Source of the DNA: Erysipelotrichales bacterium
GTDB taxonomy: Bacteria > Bacillota_I > Bacilli_A > Acholeplasmatales > WRBM01
Assembly (NCBI GenBank): GCA_009784525.1
Contig: WRBM01000007.1
Coordinates: 2,616-66,615, forward strand
Direction: 5' to 3'
Length of the DNA stretch: 64,000 nucleotides
Shown here: piece after piece, positions 39,981 through 49,801 of the stretch
How the letters are laid out: every line of letters starts with the position of its first letter
How positions within the stretch are numbered: position 1 is the first letter of the stretch
Notes under the pieces: model-generated
Seen by the model: the letters and a program-made list of their open reading frames with translations, nothing else
What the model was told of the DNA's origin: nothing
Database searches by the model: none
Program-made: the position numbers and the translations under genes

Positions 39981-41927
39981 ATGATTAAATTGGGAAAAAT
40001 GAAATTTAAAACAGAAACTAAGCGTTTGCTTGACTTAATGATTAATTCAATTTATACGAATAAAGAAATATTTCTAAGAGAATTAATCTCTAATGCTAGT
40101 GATGCGATTGATAAGTATCACTTTTTATCTTTGACTAACAATGAATTAATACAAACAGATTATGAAATTAATATTTCAATTGATGAAAAGAACAGAACAT
40201 TAACGATTAAAGATAATGGGATTGGTATGACTTATGAAGAGTTAAATGCAAATCTAGGAACAATCGCTAAAAGTGGTTCCGCTGATTTTATGAAAGCTAT
40301 GGATGATAAAGCAAATGCTGATAAAATTGATATAATTGGTCAGTTTGGTGTTGGCTTTTATTCAGCTTTTATGGTTAGTGATAGAATTGTTGTTTTAACT
40401 AAATCGCCATTTTCAGATACAGGTTATAAATTTGTGTCTAAAGGCGAAGATTCTTATGAAGTTAATGAATATGTTAAAGCTGATCATGGAACAGAGATAG
40501 TCCTTCATTTAAGGAAAAATCTTGGTTCGGAAGAAAACCTAGAAAACTCAGTAGACGATTTTAATGAATTTTTAGAAGAATATACCATTAAATCACTCGT
40601 TAAGAAATATTCTGATTATGTGCGTTATCCAATTACGATGTTAATCTCTAAACAGGTTCCGGTTATCAATGAACTTGGTGAAGAGGATAAGGAAAAAACT
40701 GAAACTAAAATGGAATTAGAAACTTTAAACTCAATGATTCCAATTTGGAAAAAGCTGAAGAGTGAAGTTACAGAAGAAGATATAAATAGTTTTTATAAAT
40801 CGAAATTCTATGACTATCAAGATCCATTTTCTTATTTGCATCTTAATGTTGAAGGAAATATAACCTATAATTCTTTAGTTTTTATTCCACAAAAGCCACC
40901 TCATGATCTTTATTCAGAAAAGTTTGAGAAAGGTCTTCAGCTTTATGTTAAAGGTGTCTTTATTATGGATAAATGTAAAGATTTACTTCCGGATTATCTT
41001 CGTTTTGTTAAAGGTTTAGTTGATTCAGCGGATTTGTCGCTTAACATTAGCCGTGAAATTCTTCAGCAAAACCATCAACTAGAAAAAATTAGTATCAATA
41101 TTGAAAAGAAGATTGTCAGTGAATTAGAAAAAATGCTTAAAAATGATCGGGAAAAATATCTTGATTTTTTTAAGAATTATGGTGTAAATCTTAAGTATGG
41201 TGTCTATGACAAATACGGTGAAAAGAAAGAAATGCTACAAGATCTTTTAGTCTATGAAACAGTTAATGGTGATTCCTACATTACCTTAAAAGAGTATGTA
41301 GAAAAAATGTTAGAAAATCAAGATGTTATTTATTATGCATCTGGTAAAACAAAAGAAGCAATCCTAGCAATGCCGCAAATGGATTTAGTTAAGAAACAAG
41401 GTTTTGATGTTTTAATTCTTAAAGATGAAATTGATGAATTTGTCTTTAATATTATTAGTTCTTACCAGGATAAAAAGTTAAAATCAGTTAATCAAGGCAA
41501 TCTTGACCTTTTATCTAAAGAAGAAAAAGATAAAATTGAAGAATTAAAAAAAGAAAAGCAGTCGCTTTTGGAAAAATTAAAAGAATTACTTAAAGATGAT
41601 GTCAGCGATGTTATTTTATCTAATCGTCTTACAGATTCACCTGTTTGTTTAGTAAGTGGTGAAGGTGTAAGCTTTGAAATGGAAAAAATCTTAAGTCAAA
41701 TGCCAAATGGTAAAGATAATGTAAAAGCCAGCAAAGTCTTAGAAATTAATCCGAATCATCAGTTATTTAATGTTTTTGAAAGCCTATATGAAAATAATGA
41801 TGAAGCGTTAGCGGATTATGCAACATTGCTTTATGATCAAGCTTTATTAATGGAAGGATTTGCGATTAAAGATCCGGTTTCTTTTTCCAAAAAGATGTGC
41901 GAATTAATGATTAAAAGCAATAAATAA
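39981..41927 (+). CDS. htpG: Chaperone HtpG (Hsp90)
   Basis: NKEIFLRELISNASDA, NLGTIAKSG, IGQFGVGFYSAF, LNISRE. Confidence 0.97.
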   Translation: MIKLGKMKFKTETKRLLDLMINSIYTNKEIFLRELISNASDAIDKYHFLSLTNNELIQTDYEINISIDEKNRTLTIKDNGIGMTYEELNANLGTIAKSGSADFMKAMDDKANADKIDIIGQFGVGFYSAFMVSDRIVVLTKSPFSDTGYKFVSKGEDSYEVNEYVKADHGTEIVLHLRKNLGSEENLENSVDDFNEFLEEYTIKSLVKKYSDYVRYPITMLISKQVPVINELGEEDKEKTETKMELETLNSMIPIWKKLKSEVTEEDINSFYKSKFYDYQDPFSYLHLNVEGNITYNSLVFIPQKPPHDLYSEKFEKGLQLYVKGVFIMDKCKDLLPDYLRFVKGLVDSADLSLNISREILQQNHQLEKISINIEKKIVSELEKMLKNDREKYLDFFKNYGVNLKYGVYDKYGEKKEMLQDLLVYETVNGDSYITLKEYVEKMLENQDVIYYASGKTKEAILAMPQMDLVKKQGFDVLILKDEIDEFVFNIISSYQDKKLKSVNQGNLDLLSKEEKDKIEELKKEKQSLLEKLKELLKDDVSDVILSNRLTDSPVCLVSGEGVSFEMEKILSQMPNGKDNVKASKVLEINPNHQLFNVFESLYENNDEALADYATLLYDQALLMEGFAIKDPVSFSKKMCELMIKSNK

Positions 41928-41932
41928 ATCTT

Positions 41933-41957
41933 AAAAGGATCTCTGCGGATCCTTTTT
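41933..41957 (+). terminator. Intrinsic terminator after htpG
   Basis: aaaaggatc/gatcctttt stem plus T tract. Confidence 0.75.
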
Positions 41958-41966
41958 CTTTTTTAT

Positions 41967-41985
41967 TCATTAGGAATTTCTTTTT
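41967..41985 (+). mobile_element. Short left-end remnant of the tnpB-derived mini-element (copy D)
   Basis: tttat|tcattaggaatttc, same junction as 46707 and 55181. Confidence 0.45.
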
Positions 41986-42081
41986 ATTGTTTACTTTAGA
42001 AATATCATATCAATTAAAGGTGTCCTTTTATCTTATTATGATGTATAAAGCCCAACTGCTTAATTACGATTTAATAATACA

Positions 42082-43350
42082 TTAATCTTTTAAACATCCA
42101 ATTGGAATAACGTAAATACCATCAACTCTTTTATAAGCTGCTTTGCCTCCAGTAATGATAACTTTACATGTTGGTTTTCGCATATTATTATCTTTAATTA
42201 AGCCTTCCAATTTAATTAAATTTTTGGCAGCCTCTTCAATTTTATTTTCGCCAAGTTTAACCTCAAACAAGCCATAATTGCCATTGTCTAAATGAATCAC
42301 ACAATCACATTCTAGTCCGTAACGATCGCGATAATACTTGACGTGACCGCCTTTAGATTGTGTATAAACTAGCAAATCTCTTGTGACAAGGTTTTCAAAT
42401 AATAAGCCGAATGTTTCAAAATCATATAACAACTGTTCTGGAGATAAGTCAAGAGCAGCAGTAGCCAATGAAGGATCTATAAATGATTTTTTTTTCGAAG
42501 ATCGGATAGCTGTTGCGCTTCTAAAATTTAGATTCCACGCAGGAATTTCATCAATAATAAAAAGTCTTTCTAACAAACTCAAATAATTATTAATAGTTTT
42601 ATCGGTTACACTACCGAAATTAGATTGCACATCCGCATATAAAGCGCTATTACTACCTGATGAGGAAATTAATCTAGAATAAGATTGCATTATATGTCTT
42701 GCTAGTAATGGATTTTTAGTTTCACCTAATTCTGATATATCATTTTCGATTGTTGCTTTTAAATATTGCTTAGATACCATTAGTGCAGCTTTTTCACTAA
42801 TATTTAAAGCAGAAGGCCAACCGCCACGGCATAAAGAAAAAGCCAATTGTTTGAGGGAGAGATCAGATTCATACAACCCATCTTTCCATATATCATTCAT
42901 TAAATCATTTAAACTAATTTCTCCAGTAGACTCATTACTTTCAAATAAACTCATAGTTCGCATATCTAACTTAGAAATCCGTCCTGTTCCAGGATGTAAG
43001 CCTTCGGTATTCTTTATCAATGTTGAGCCTGTTATAATAAATTGTCCGCGCAATCCCCTGTTATCAATTGTTGTTCTTATTGCGTTCCAAATTTTAGGTA
43101 CTATTTGCCATTCATCAATTAATTTTGGAGTTTTCCCTTCCAATAAAACTGAAGGATCTGTTTGAGCTAAGGAGATGTAGCTATCTCCTTTGGCTGTATC
43201 TTGAAAGTTAATATAGCTTTTGGCATGGTTAAACGCTGTTGTTGTTTTTCCACACCATTTGGGACCTCTGATGAATACGGCTCCCATTGCTTCTAAATGT
43301 AAATCTAGTTCATCATCAATAATTCTTGGATAATAGTTTTTAACTTTCAT
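42082..43350 (-). CDS. AAA+ ATPase with DUF4143 and C-terminal PD-(D/E)XK-like domain
   Basis: GPKWCGKTT, IDEWQ, TGS, GGWP, LFENLV, ECD...EVK; start moved to 43350. Confidence 0.85.
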   Translation of the reverse strand: MKVKNYYPRIIDDELDLHLEAMGAVFIRGPKWCGKTTTAFNHAKSYINFQDTAKGDSYISLAQTDPSVLLEGKTPKLIDEWQIVPKIWNAIRTTIDNRGLRGQFIITGSTLIKNTEGLHPGTGRISKLDMRTMSLFESNESTGEISLNDLMNDIWKDGLYESDLSLKQLAFSLCRGGWPSALNISEKAALMVSKQYLKATIENDISELGETKNPLLARHIMQSYSRLISSSGSNSALYADVQSNFGSVTDKTINNYLSLLERLFIIDEIPAWNLNFRSATAIRSSKKKSFIDPSLATAALDLSPEQLLYDFETFGLLFENLVTRDLLVYTQSKGGHVKYYRDRYGLECDCVIHLDNGNYGLFEVKLGENKIEEAAKNLIKLEGLIKDNNMRKPTCKVIITGGKAAYKRVDGIYVIPIGCLKD

Positions 43351-43542
43351 AAAAATCACCTGTAAATATAATAACACAATTAATAAGGAAAGTAAATGTT
43401 GTTTCTGCTTTTTGTGCTTTTTTACTTCCGTATTTTGTGCTTTTGTGTTTCCATATTTTGTGGTAAAAAATAAACATTAATATGAATTGGTCATAAGAAG
43501 TAGAAGTACGCTAATATTATTTTAGCTAATAAGTATAGTCCT

Positions 43543-44751
43543 TTATAACCCCGCCGCTAATCCTGCGACAGCGGTAAATATTCTGGATATCCGATACCAA
43601 GTCGCAAAGTTTATTACACCAGTTTGCGGTAAATCAAAGACCCTTTGAAAAGTTTCAACTGCTCTACGTGTACTTTCGTTATACATGCCATCTGCTGGCG
43701 AGATAACAGGGATTGCTGGAAAATTACCTCTAATCCGATTTAATTCAATCTGAATTTTTTGAACATATTCCCCGCAATTGCCAACACTTAGATTATAGCC
43801 AGGAAAAGAAGAAGGAAGACCAACTACTTCATCCGCAACATGTAAATCAAGATTATTTGTATAGAAATGTCTTAGAATTTGAATAGCGGTAAAACCTTGG
43901 GCTGCCATATCTCTTGAACCCCACTGACTTAACCAGTTAGGATTATTAGTCCGTCTTCCATCATTATATTGTGCAAGAAATGGCTGAACCATGCCATTTA
44001 ACCGAATATAATAACGAAAATATTCATCTACGACATCAGAAATGCTTTTATAGATTGTACGATTATGAATATACTTTTGATCTAGTTGCGTTGTAGAAGT
44101 TATTGTGAAATTAAATCCTTGGCCTCTGTACCATTCTGTAAATATTCTGTTAAGGGTAAAAGATACAATCGCATGCACATTTGCTTTTAAGGATTCGCGC
44201 GGCCATGTACTATAAATTTCTGAACAAGCAACATTCTTGATATAATCAGTAAAAGAAACAATGTGATTAGGCGCATTGACATTAGATGGCGCTCCATCAT
44301 GGACAATTATAAATTCAGGAATAAGTACCATTGGTAACACAAAGGCCATAAAAGGCACATCTTCTTTGACTGGTTCTTCTGGAATTTTAGGCTCATCTGG
44401 TTCCCAAAGAATGTGATCAGGAAAATCAATAATTTCTGTAACTTTTTCGTGCAGAAAAACATTTTGGAAGGCAGTTTCACCCGCAAATATTTCTAAATTT
44501 AAGATTAATCCAGTTTTTAAGCCAGCTTTTGTTATTTCTAAATCATAGGTTGAATAAGGTCTTATTTCTTCTTGAAATGTCTGTGAAAGATCTGACTCTG
44601 GAGCCTCGAGTTCGATCATTGCTGTTTTTCCGCTTTCATCGGTAGTTAATACTTTTTCAAAATTTGCTCCAGTTATTTTCACAGAAGCGTTCTCTACTGG
44701 TGTACCTAAATCGTCAAAAAAGACATTTACGATTAAAAAACCTTTTGGCAT
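43543..44751 (-). CDS. SleC-like spore cortex-lytic enzyme with peptidoglycan-binding domain
   Basis: IPEFIIVHDG.P, DYIKNVACSEIYSTWP, LNRIFTEWY, WLSQWGS, FQRVFDLPQTG...ATWY; start 44751 after RBS gaggag. Confidence 0.85.
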   Translation of the reverse strand: MPKGFLIVNVFFDDLGTPVENASVKITGANFEKVLTTDESGKTAMIELEAPESDLSQTFQEEIRPYSTYDLEITKAGLKTGLILNLEIFAGETAFQNVFLHEKVTEIIDFPDHILWEPDEPKIPEEPVKEDVPFMAFVLPMVLIPEFIIVHDGAPSNVNAPNHIVSFTDYIKNVACSEIYSTWPRESLKANVHAIVSFTLNRIFTEWYRGQGFNFTITSTTQLDQKYIHNRTIYKSISDVVDEYFRYYIRLNGMVQPFLAQYNDGRRTNNPNWLSQWGSRDMAAQGFTAIQILRHFYTNNLDLHVADEVVGLPSSFPGYNLSVGNCGEYVQKIQIELNRIRGNFPAIPVISPADGMYNESTRRAVETFQRVFDLPQTGVINFATWYRISRIFTAVAGLAAGL

Positions 44752-44862
44752 ATTTTTACTCTCCTCACAAATTAGTATATTCAATCCAATTTAATGTGTA
44801 ACTTTTTTCTTAGGCGAAAATATAATATAATAGACAATCAAAAAGTGAAAAGAGGGATTTTG

Positions 44863-46635
44863 ATGAATTGTCAAGATGACAAAGAATGTCCTCTGAAAAT
44901 TCTTAAAAATAATTATGAAGAATATTTAAGAAGTGATATAAGAGAGGATTTAATTGAGTCTATATTATCAAAAAACAGTAGAAACCTTTCAGATACACCA
45001 GTTGGTCAAAGACCGACCCTAAGACAAGGTGATTCGGGACCATGGGTATCAGAACTACAAAAAGAGTTGAAACAGCTAACCTTTTATGATGGACCAATTA
45101 GTGGTACTTTTGGACCACAAACCGCAGCATCTGTCCGAGCTTTCCAACAAAATAACCGTCTTCAGGCTGATGGCGTAGTTGGTCGTAATACCTGGAATGC
45201 TTTAATTTTTTTGTATTCACCTTTAACTACATGTCCAGGCAATAATAAAATGGGCATGCCTTTAGTCGGAATTGTTATAGATGCCGGTCATGGAGGGCCT
45301 AATGATCCTGGAGCAGTTGGTAATGGAATCATCGAGAAAAACATGAATTTGGATATTTCTTTATATATGCAAGAAAGATTTAATGAATTAAACATTCCAA
45401 ATGCAATGACAAGAACAACTGATGAAGCGATTACGCCAGCAAACAGAGTTGCCCGGATGCGTAATGCTTTTGGTGCTCAAAGAGGGGTTATTCTAATCTC
45501 AAATCATATTAACGCTGGCGGCGGTAATGGCGCAGAAGTAATTTTTCCGTTACGCGATCAACCTACTTATTCGCAGATGATATTAGATGAAATCCGTAAA
45601 ACTGGACATCCGGTACGAAGAGTATTCCAAAAACCTTCAACTACAAATCCTAATTTAGATTTTTTCTTTATGCTTCGTGATACAGCTCCGATGCAAGCTG
45701 TTTTGATGGAATATGGGTTTTTAGATAATCCAGCAGATGCTCAGAGACTGAAAGATAACTGGAAAACTTTAGCCGAAGCGGTTATTATCGCAACCTGTGA
45801 ATTTACTGGCTGTCCATATAGTCCGCCTTATAGCGATGATTCGATTTATGTTGTGCAATCAGGAGATACTTTATGGAGCATTGCTCAAAGATTTAATACT
45901 ACTGTAGCTGATTTAATGCAAATTAATAATCTGCAATCACAATCTTTAAGAGTTGGTCAAATTCTAAAGATTCCTAATGCTGGCGGACCACCACCCCAAC
46001 AAACTTTTACTTATACAGTTGTGGCGGGAGACTCGTTATGGGCGATTGCTAATCGTTTTAATACATCGGTAGCGGTAATAAGAAGTTTAAATAATTTAAC
46101 GAGTGATGTTGTGTTTATTGGTCAAAGATTAAATATTCCAGGTAGTGAGCAAACACCAAAACCGCCAACCCAAGAAACATTTACCTATACGGTTGTAGCG
46201 GGAGATTCATTATGGTCAATTGCGAATAGATTTAATACAACTGTTGCGATTATCAGAAGTCTAAATAATTTGACAAATGATAATTTATTCGTCGGTCAAA
46301 GATTAACGATTCCAGGAAGCGAACAGACACCTCCGCCATCATTTACCTATACAGTTGTGGCAGGAGATTCATTGTGGTCGATAGCCAATAGGTTTAACAC
46401 GACTGTTGCGGAAATCAGGAGGATAAATAATTTAACAAATGACAACTTATTCTTAGGACAAAAATTAATTATTCCTGGTAATCAATCGGGGTATAGGATG
46501 TATACAGTTGTGGCAGGAGATTCATTGTGGTCAATAGCCAATCGTTTTAATAAAACTGTTGCGGAAATCCGAACTTTGAATAACTTGATGACAGATGCTT
46601 TGACTATTGGTCAGCAGCTAAAAATACCTCTTTAA
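44863..46635 (+). CDS. N-acetylmuramoyl-L-alanine amidase (PG-binding_1 + Amidase_3 + 5 LysM)
   Basis: LRQGDSG...DGVVGRNTW; IDAGHGG, SNHINAGG, EYGFLDN; five YxVxxGDxLWxIA repeats. Confidence 0.9.
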   Translation: MNCQDDKECPLKILKNNYEEYLRSDIREDLIESILSKNSRNLSDTPVGQRPTLRQGDSGPWVSELQKELKQLTFYDGPISGTFGPQTAASVRAFQQNNRLQADGVVGRNTWNALIFLYSPLTTCPGNNKMGMPLVGIVIDAGHGGPNDPGAVGNGIIEKNMNLDISLYMQERFNELNIPNAMTRTTDEAITPANRVARMRNAFGAQRGVILISNHINAGGGNGAEVIFPLRDQPTYSQMILDEIRKTGHPVRRVFQKPSTTNPNLDFFFMLRDTAPMQAVLMEYGFLDNPADAQRLKDNWKTLAEAVIIATCEFTGCPYSPPYSDDSIYVVQSGDTLWSIAQRFNTTVADLMQINNLQSQSLRVGQILKIPNAGGPPPQQTFTYTVVAGDSLWAIANRFNTSVAVIRSLNNLTSDVVFIGQRLNIPGSEQTPKPPTQETFTYTVVAGDSLWSIANRFNTTVAIIRSLNNLTNDNLFVGQRLTIPGSEQTPPPSFTYTVVAGDSLWSIANRFNTTVAEIRRINNLTNDNLFLGQKLIIPGNQSGYRMYTVVAGDSLWSIANRFNKTVAEIRTLNNLMTDALTIGQQLKIPL

Positions 46636-46706
46636 TGATTTAGGATTAAGAATTGTATTTTAAAATAAATAGTTTCTTGCTTGTGGCAAGAAACTTTTTC
46701 TTTTAT

Positions 46707-47167
46707 TCATTAGGGATTTATATTTTCATCTTATAACAATATTTATACTTAATATTATTTATACTACACACGCGCATATCCGTGAATTTTTCTCAAATTT
46801 ACCCTAAAACCATTGCTTTATTTGCTTTATCTAGAACATTTTTTTTAAGCTAAAAAAAATTAAAAATAATTCTTGTTTTTACTAGATTTTAGTGTTATAA
46901 TAACCTCATATACTTAGCAAGAAACGAGGTGAAAAATGAGCATCTTGGTAATAGAAATAATCGCTTGTTCCAGACTAAGACAGGAAAGATTGATTCAGAT
47001 ATAAATGCCAGTTTAAATATATGGCAAAAAGTAAACCCAAAGACGATGAAGTAATTCAGAGTTTGAGGAATAGCGGTCTAACAACACCCATAAGATTACA
47101 AGTAACACTGTAATTTCTTATAAAGATAGGCATCAGCCCCGTAACGAAAATTTTTTTCGTTTTGTTC
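46707..47167 (+). mobile_element. Non-autonomous tnpB-derived mini-element, copy A (IS200/IS605- or IS607-like)
   Basis: Aligns end to end with 57904-58370; decayed TnpB tail (LFQTKTG..DSDINASLNI..TPIRLQVTL); internal TTGTTT-17-TATAAT; terminal hairpin acgaaaa/ttttcgt. Confidence 0.8.
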
Positions 47168-47187
47168 ATTAAGGCTGATTTGCAGTA
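46908..47187 (+). ncRNA. Predicted omega-RNA-like transcript (scaffold plus flanking guide)
   Basis: Promoter 46873-46901; hairpin 47090-47121 covaries with copy B; boundaries inferred. Confidence 0.45.
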
Positions 47188-47212
47188 TAATATTATAAAT
47201 GGAGTGATTGAA

Positions 47213-48316
47213 ATGCAGGAAATACTTTCTAATTTTAATATCAAAGGTAAATTTATCTCTTGTGTTAATTTTGGTTTAGGGGATATTAATCTTTCTTATG
47301 AAGTTATTTTTAATGAAAACGGAACTCCTAAAAAATATTTATTACAAAGAATAAATCACAAGGTTTTTCGAAATATCGAGGGACTAATCAATAATATTTC
47401 CCTGGTCACAGAATATCTTAAAAATAAAATTCTTGAAGAAGGCGGAAACCCAACACGAGAAACTTTAACTTTAATCAAAACTAAAAATGGCCAGAACTTT
47501 TATTATGACGAAGAAGTAAAAAAATACTTTCGACTTTATCTTTTTATTGAAGAGGCGATTACTTTTGAAAAGACTGATGATTTAGCAGTCTTAAAAGAAG
47601 CTGGTCGGGCTATTAGTCATTTTGTAGAACAGTTAGCGGATTTTGACAATTCTCAGTTAATAAGCGTCATTCCAAACTTGCATAACTCAGTCAGGCATTA
47701 TGAAAATTTATTTGACTCTTTAAAGAAAGATAATTTTTATCGCAGTAAATTAATTGAACAGGAAGTAGCCTTTGTAAAAGAACGAGAAAGCGAACTTCAT
47801 GTTATTAAGAATCTAATTGCAAATCAAAAAATTCCTTTAAGAGTAACCCATAATGATACTAAACTTAATAACATTCTTTTTGAGTCAAAAAATAAAAAAG
47901 CAATTTGCATAATTGATTTAGATACTATTATGCCAGGAACAGTACTTTTTGATTATGGTGATGCAATTCGTTATGCAGCTTCGACTAGCTTAGAAGACGA
48001 AAAAGATTTATCTAAAGTTAAGTTAGATATCAAAAAATTTGAAGCTTTTACCGAAGGTTATTTAACTGCTGGACCACTTGTTTTAAATCAAACAGAATTA
48101 GACTATTTAGTATTTGCGGCTAAAATTGTGACATTAGAATGTGGAATTCGTTTTCTGACCGATTTTTTAAATGGTGATGTATATTTTAAAACTTCTAGGG
48201 CCCAACAGAATCTAGACCGGGCACGCACACAATTTAAATTAGTTGAAGAAATGGAAAAACATTATGAAACTTTATTGACAATTGTCCAAAAAATAAGAAT
48301 AGGAAAAGGTAAATAA
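47213..48316 (+). CDS. Aminoglycoside-phosphotransferase-fold kinase, N-acetylhexosamine 1-kinase-like
   Basis: YLLQRINH.VF, HNDTKLNN, IDLDTIMPG, DYGDAIR, GIRFLTDFLNGDVYF; start 47213 after ggag. Confidence 0.8.
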   Translation: MQEILSNFNIKGKFISCVNFGLGDINLSYEVIFNENGTPKKYLLQRINHKVFRNIEGLINNISLVTEYLKNKILEEGGNPTRETLTLIKTKNGQNFYYDEEVKKYFRLYLFIEEAITFEKTDDLAVLKEAGRAISHFVEQLADFDNSQLISVIPNLHNSVRHYENLFDSLKKDNFYRSKLIEQEVAFVKERESELHVIKNLIANQKIPLRVTHNDTKLNNILFESKNKKAICIIDLDTIMPGTVLFDYGDAIRYAASTSLEDEKDLSKVKLDIKKFEAFTEGYLTAGPLVLNQTELDYLVFAAKIVTLECGIRFLTDFLNGDVYFKTSRAQQNLDRARTQFKLVEEMEKHYETLLTIVQKIRIGKGK

Positions 48317-49801
48317 ATGGATACAAATTATCTGCTAAATGAATTGTTAAATTATGGAATTGATAATCTTGGTTTGGATAATTATGAAGTTTATTTTCGT
48401 ATAAATGAACTAAGGCGTTTGTTTAAACTAAACGAATTAAAATTTAGCCGAATCAAAAATAAAGAAGAATTACCAGATCTGTTATTGGAAAACATAACAA
48501 AAAGAGCGCTCGATTTAAAGATAGAAATGATTTCAGAAGCTCATTTTAAAGATCAACTTATGGGAATTGTTACACCATCACATGAAGCAGTTGTTCAAAA
48601 ATTCTTTACGTATTCTGATCCAAAGGAAGCGACTAACTATTTATATAACTTAGGAGTAAAAAATTATTATATTCAGAAAACGGCTATTGACCGCAATATT
48701 TTTTTTGGTAACGATAAAGTTGAATTCATAATTAATCTTAGCCGTCCGGAAAAAGATAACAAACAAACTGCTAAACTCTTAGAAACCAAAAAAATTGATT
48801 TTCCGGCTTGTATGTTATGTTTAGAGAATCTAGGATATGAAGGCAGAGATAATTATCCAGCTCGTTATTCAATTAGAATAATACCCTTAACTTTGGGTAA
48901 TGAACGTTGGTTTATGCAGTTTTCGCCTTATTCTTATTTTCCGGAACATGCAATTTTAATTAATGAAAAACATCAAAATATGGTTGTCAATGAGCAAACA
49001 TTTAGTAAGATGCTGGATTTTGTTAAAGTTCTTCCGCATTATTTTGTTGGCTCAAATGCTTCGTTACCAATTATCGGTGGCAGCATTTTAAATCACGAGC
49101 ATTATCAAGCGGGAAGCTATCACACACCGCTTCGCAAGAGTACCGAGAAAAGATTGCTTTTAAAAACCAATGAGGTTTTTCTTTATGAAATTGACTGGTT
49201 TTTAAGAAGCATCCGTCTTAAATCGGAAAATCCGGAAAAACTAAGAGCAATAGTAACAAAAGTTAATGATTTTTGGGAAAATTATAGCGATGAGACTGCA
49301 GGTATTAAAGCTAAAACTGGCACTACTCAGCATAGCGCTTTAACTCCTTTTTGTTATAAGGAAGGAAATTATTATGTCTTTGATTTAATATTCCGTAATA
49401 ACTATACTAATAAAAAATATCCCGATGGTGTTTTTCATGTTGCGCCAGAATATCAAAATATCAAGAAAGAAGCAATTGGTCTTTTGGAAGCCAGTGGTTA
49501 CTTTGTTTTACCAGGACGTTTAAAAGCAGAAATTGAAAGAATTGCTAAAGTATTAGTTGCTAATGAAGCAAAAATTAGTGCCGATGAAAGTCCTCTGAAC
49601 AAACATTATCGCTTAATTCAAGATGTTATAGATAAATTCGGTATTCCTGAAAATTTAGATGAAGCTGAAGAAAATATAAAAAATACTATTCTTGATACAT
49701 GCGCAAAAATTTTAGCAAGTGCCAGCTGTTTTAAAGCTACTATAGCTGGAGACAAAGCATTTGAAAAACTTATTAAAACTTTAGAAGGAGTATTGTTATA
49801 A
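48317..49801 (+). CDS. galT: UDP-glucose--hexose-1-phosphate uridylyltransferase (type 2)
   Basis: INLSRPEK, CMLCLEN.GY, QFSPY, GSNASLPIIGGSILNHEHYQ. Confidence 0.9.
   Translation: MDTNYLLNELLNYGIDNLGLDNYEVYFRINELRRLFKLNELKFSRIKNKEELPDLLLENITKRALDLKIEMISEAHFKDQLMGIVTPSHEAVVQKFFTYSDPKEATNYLYNLGVKNYYIQKTAIDRNIFFGNDKVEFIINLSRPEKDNKQTAKLLETKKIDFPACMLCLENLGYEGRDNYPARYSIRIIPLTLGNERWFMQFSPYSYFPEHAILINEKHQNMVVNEQTFSKMLDFVKVLPHYFVGSNASLPIIGGSILNHEHYQAGSYHTPLRKSTEKRLLLKTNEVFLYEIDWFLRSIRLKSENPEKLRAIVTKVNDFWENYSDETAGIKAKTGTTQHSALTPFCYKEGNYYVFDLIFRNNYTNKKYPDGVFHVAPEYQNIKKEAIGLLEASGYFVLPGRLKAEIERIAKVLVANEAKISADESPLNKHYRLIQDVIDKFGIPENLDEAEENIKNTILDTCAKILASASCFKATIAGDKAFEKLIKTLEGVLL

Noticed and set aside
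47056-47244. 62-aa minus-strand ORF
   Set aside because: Antisense shadow of the tnpB remnant and kinase start
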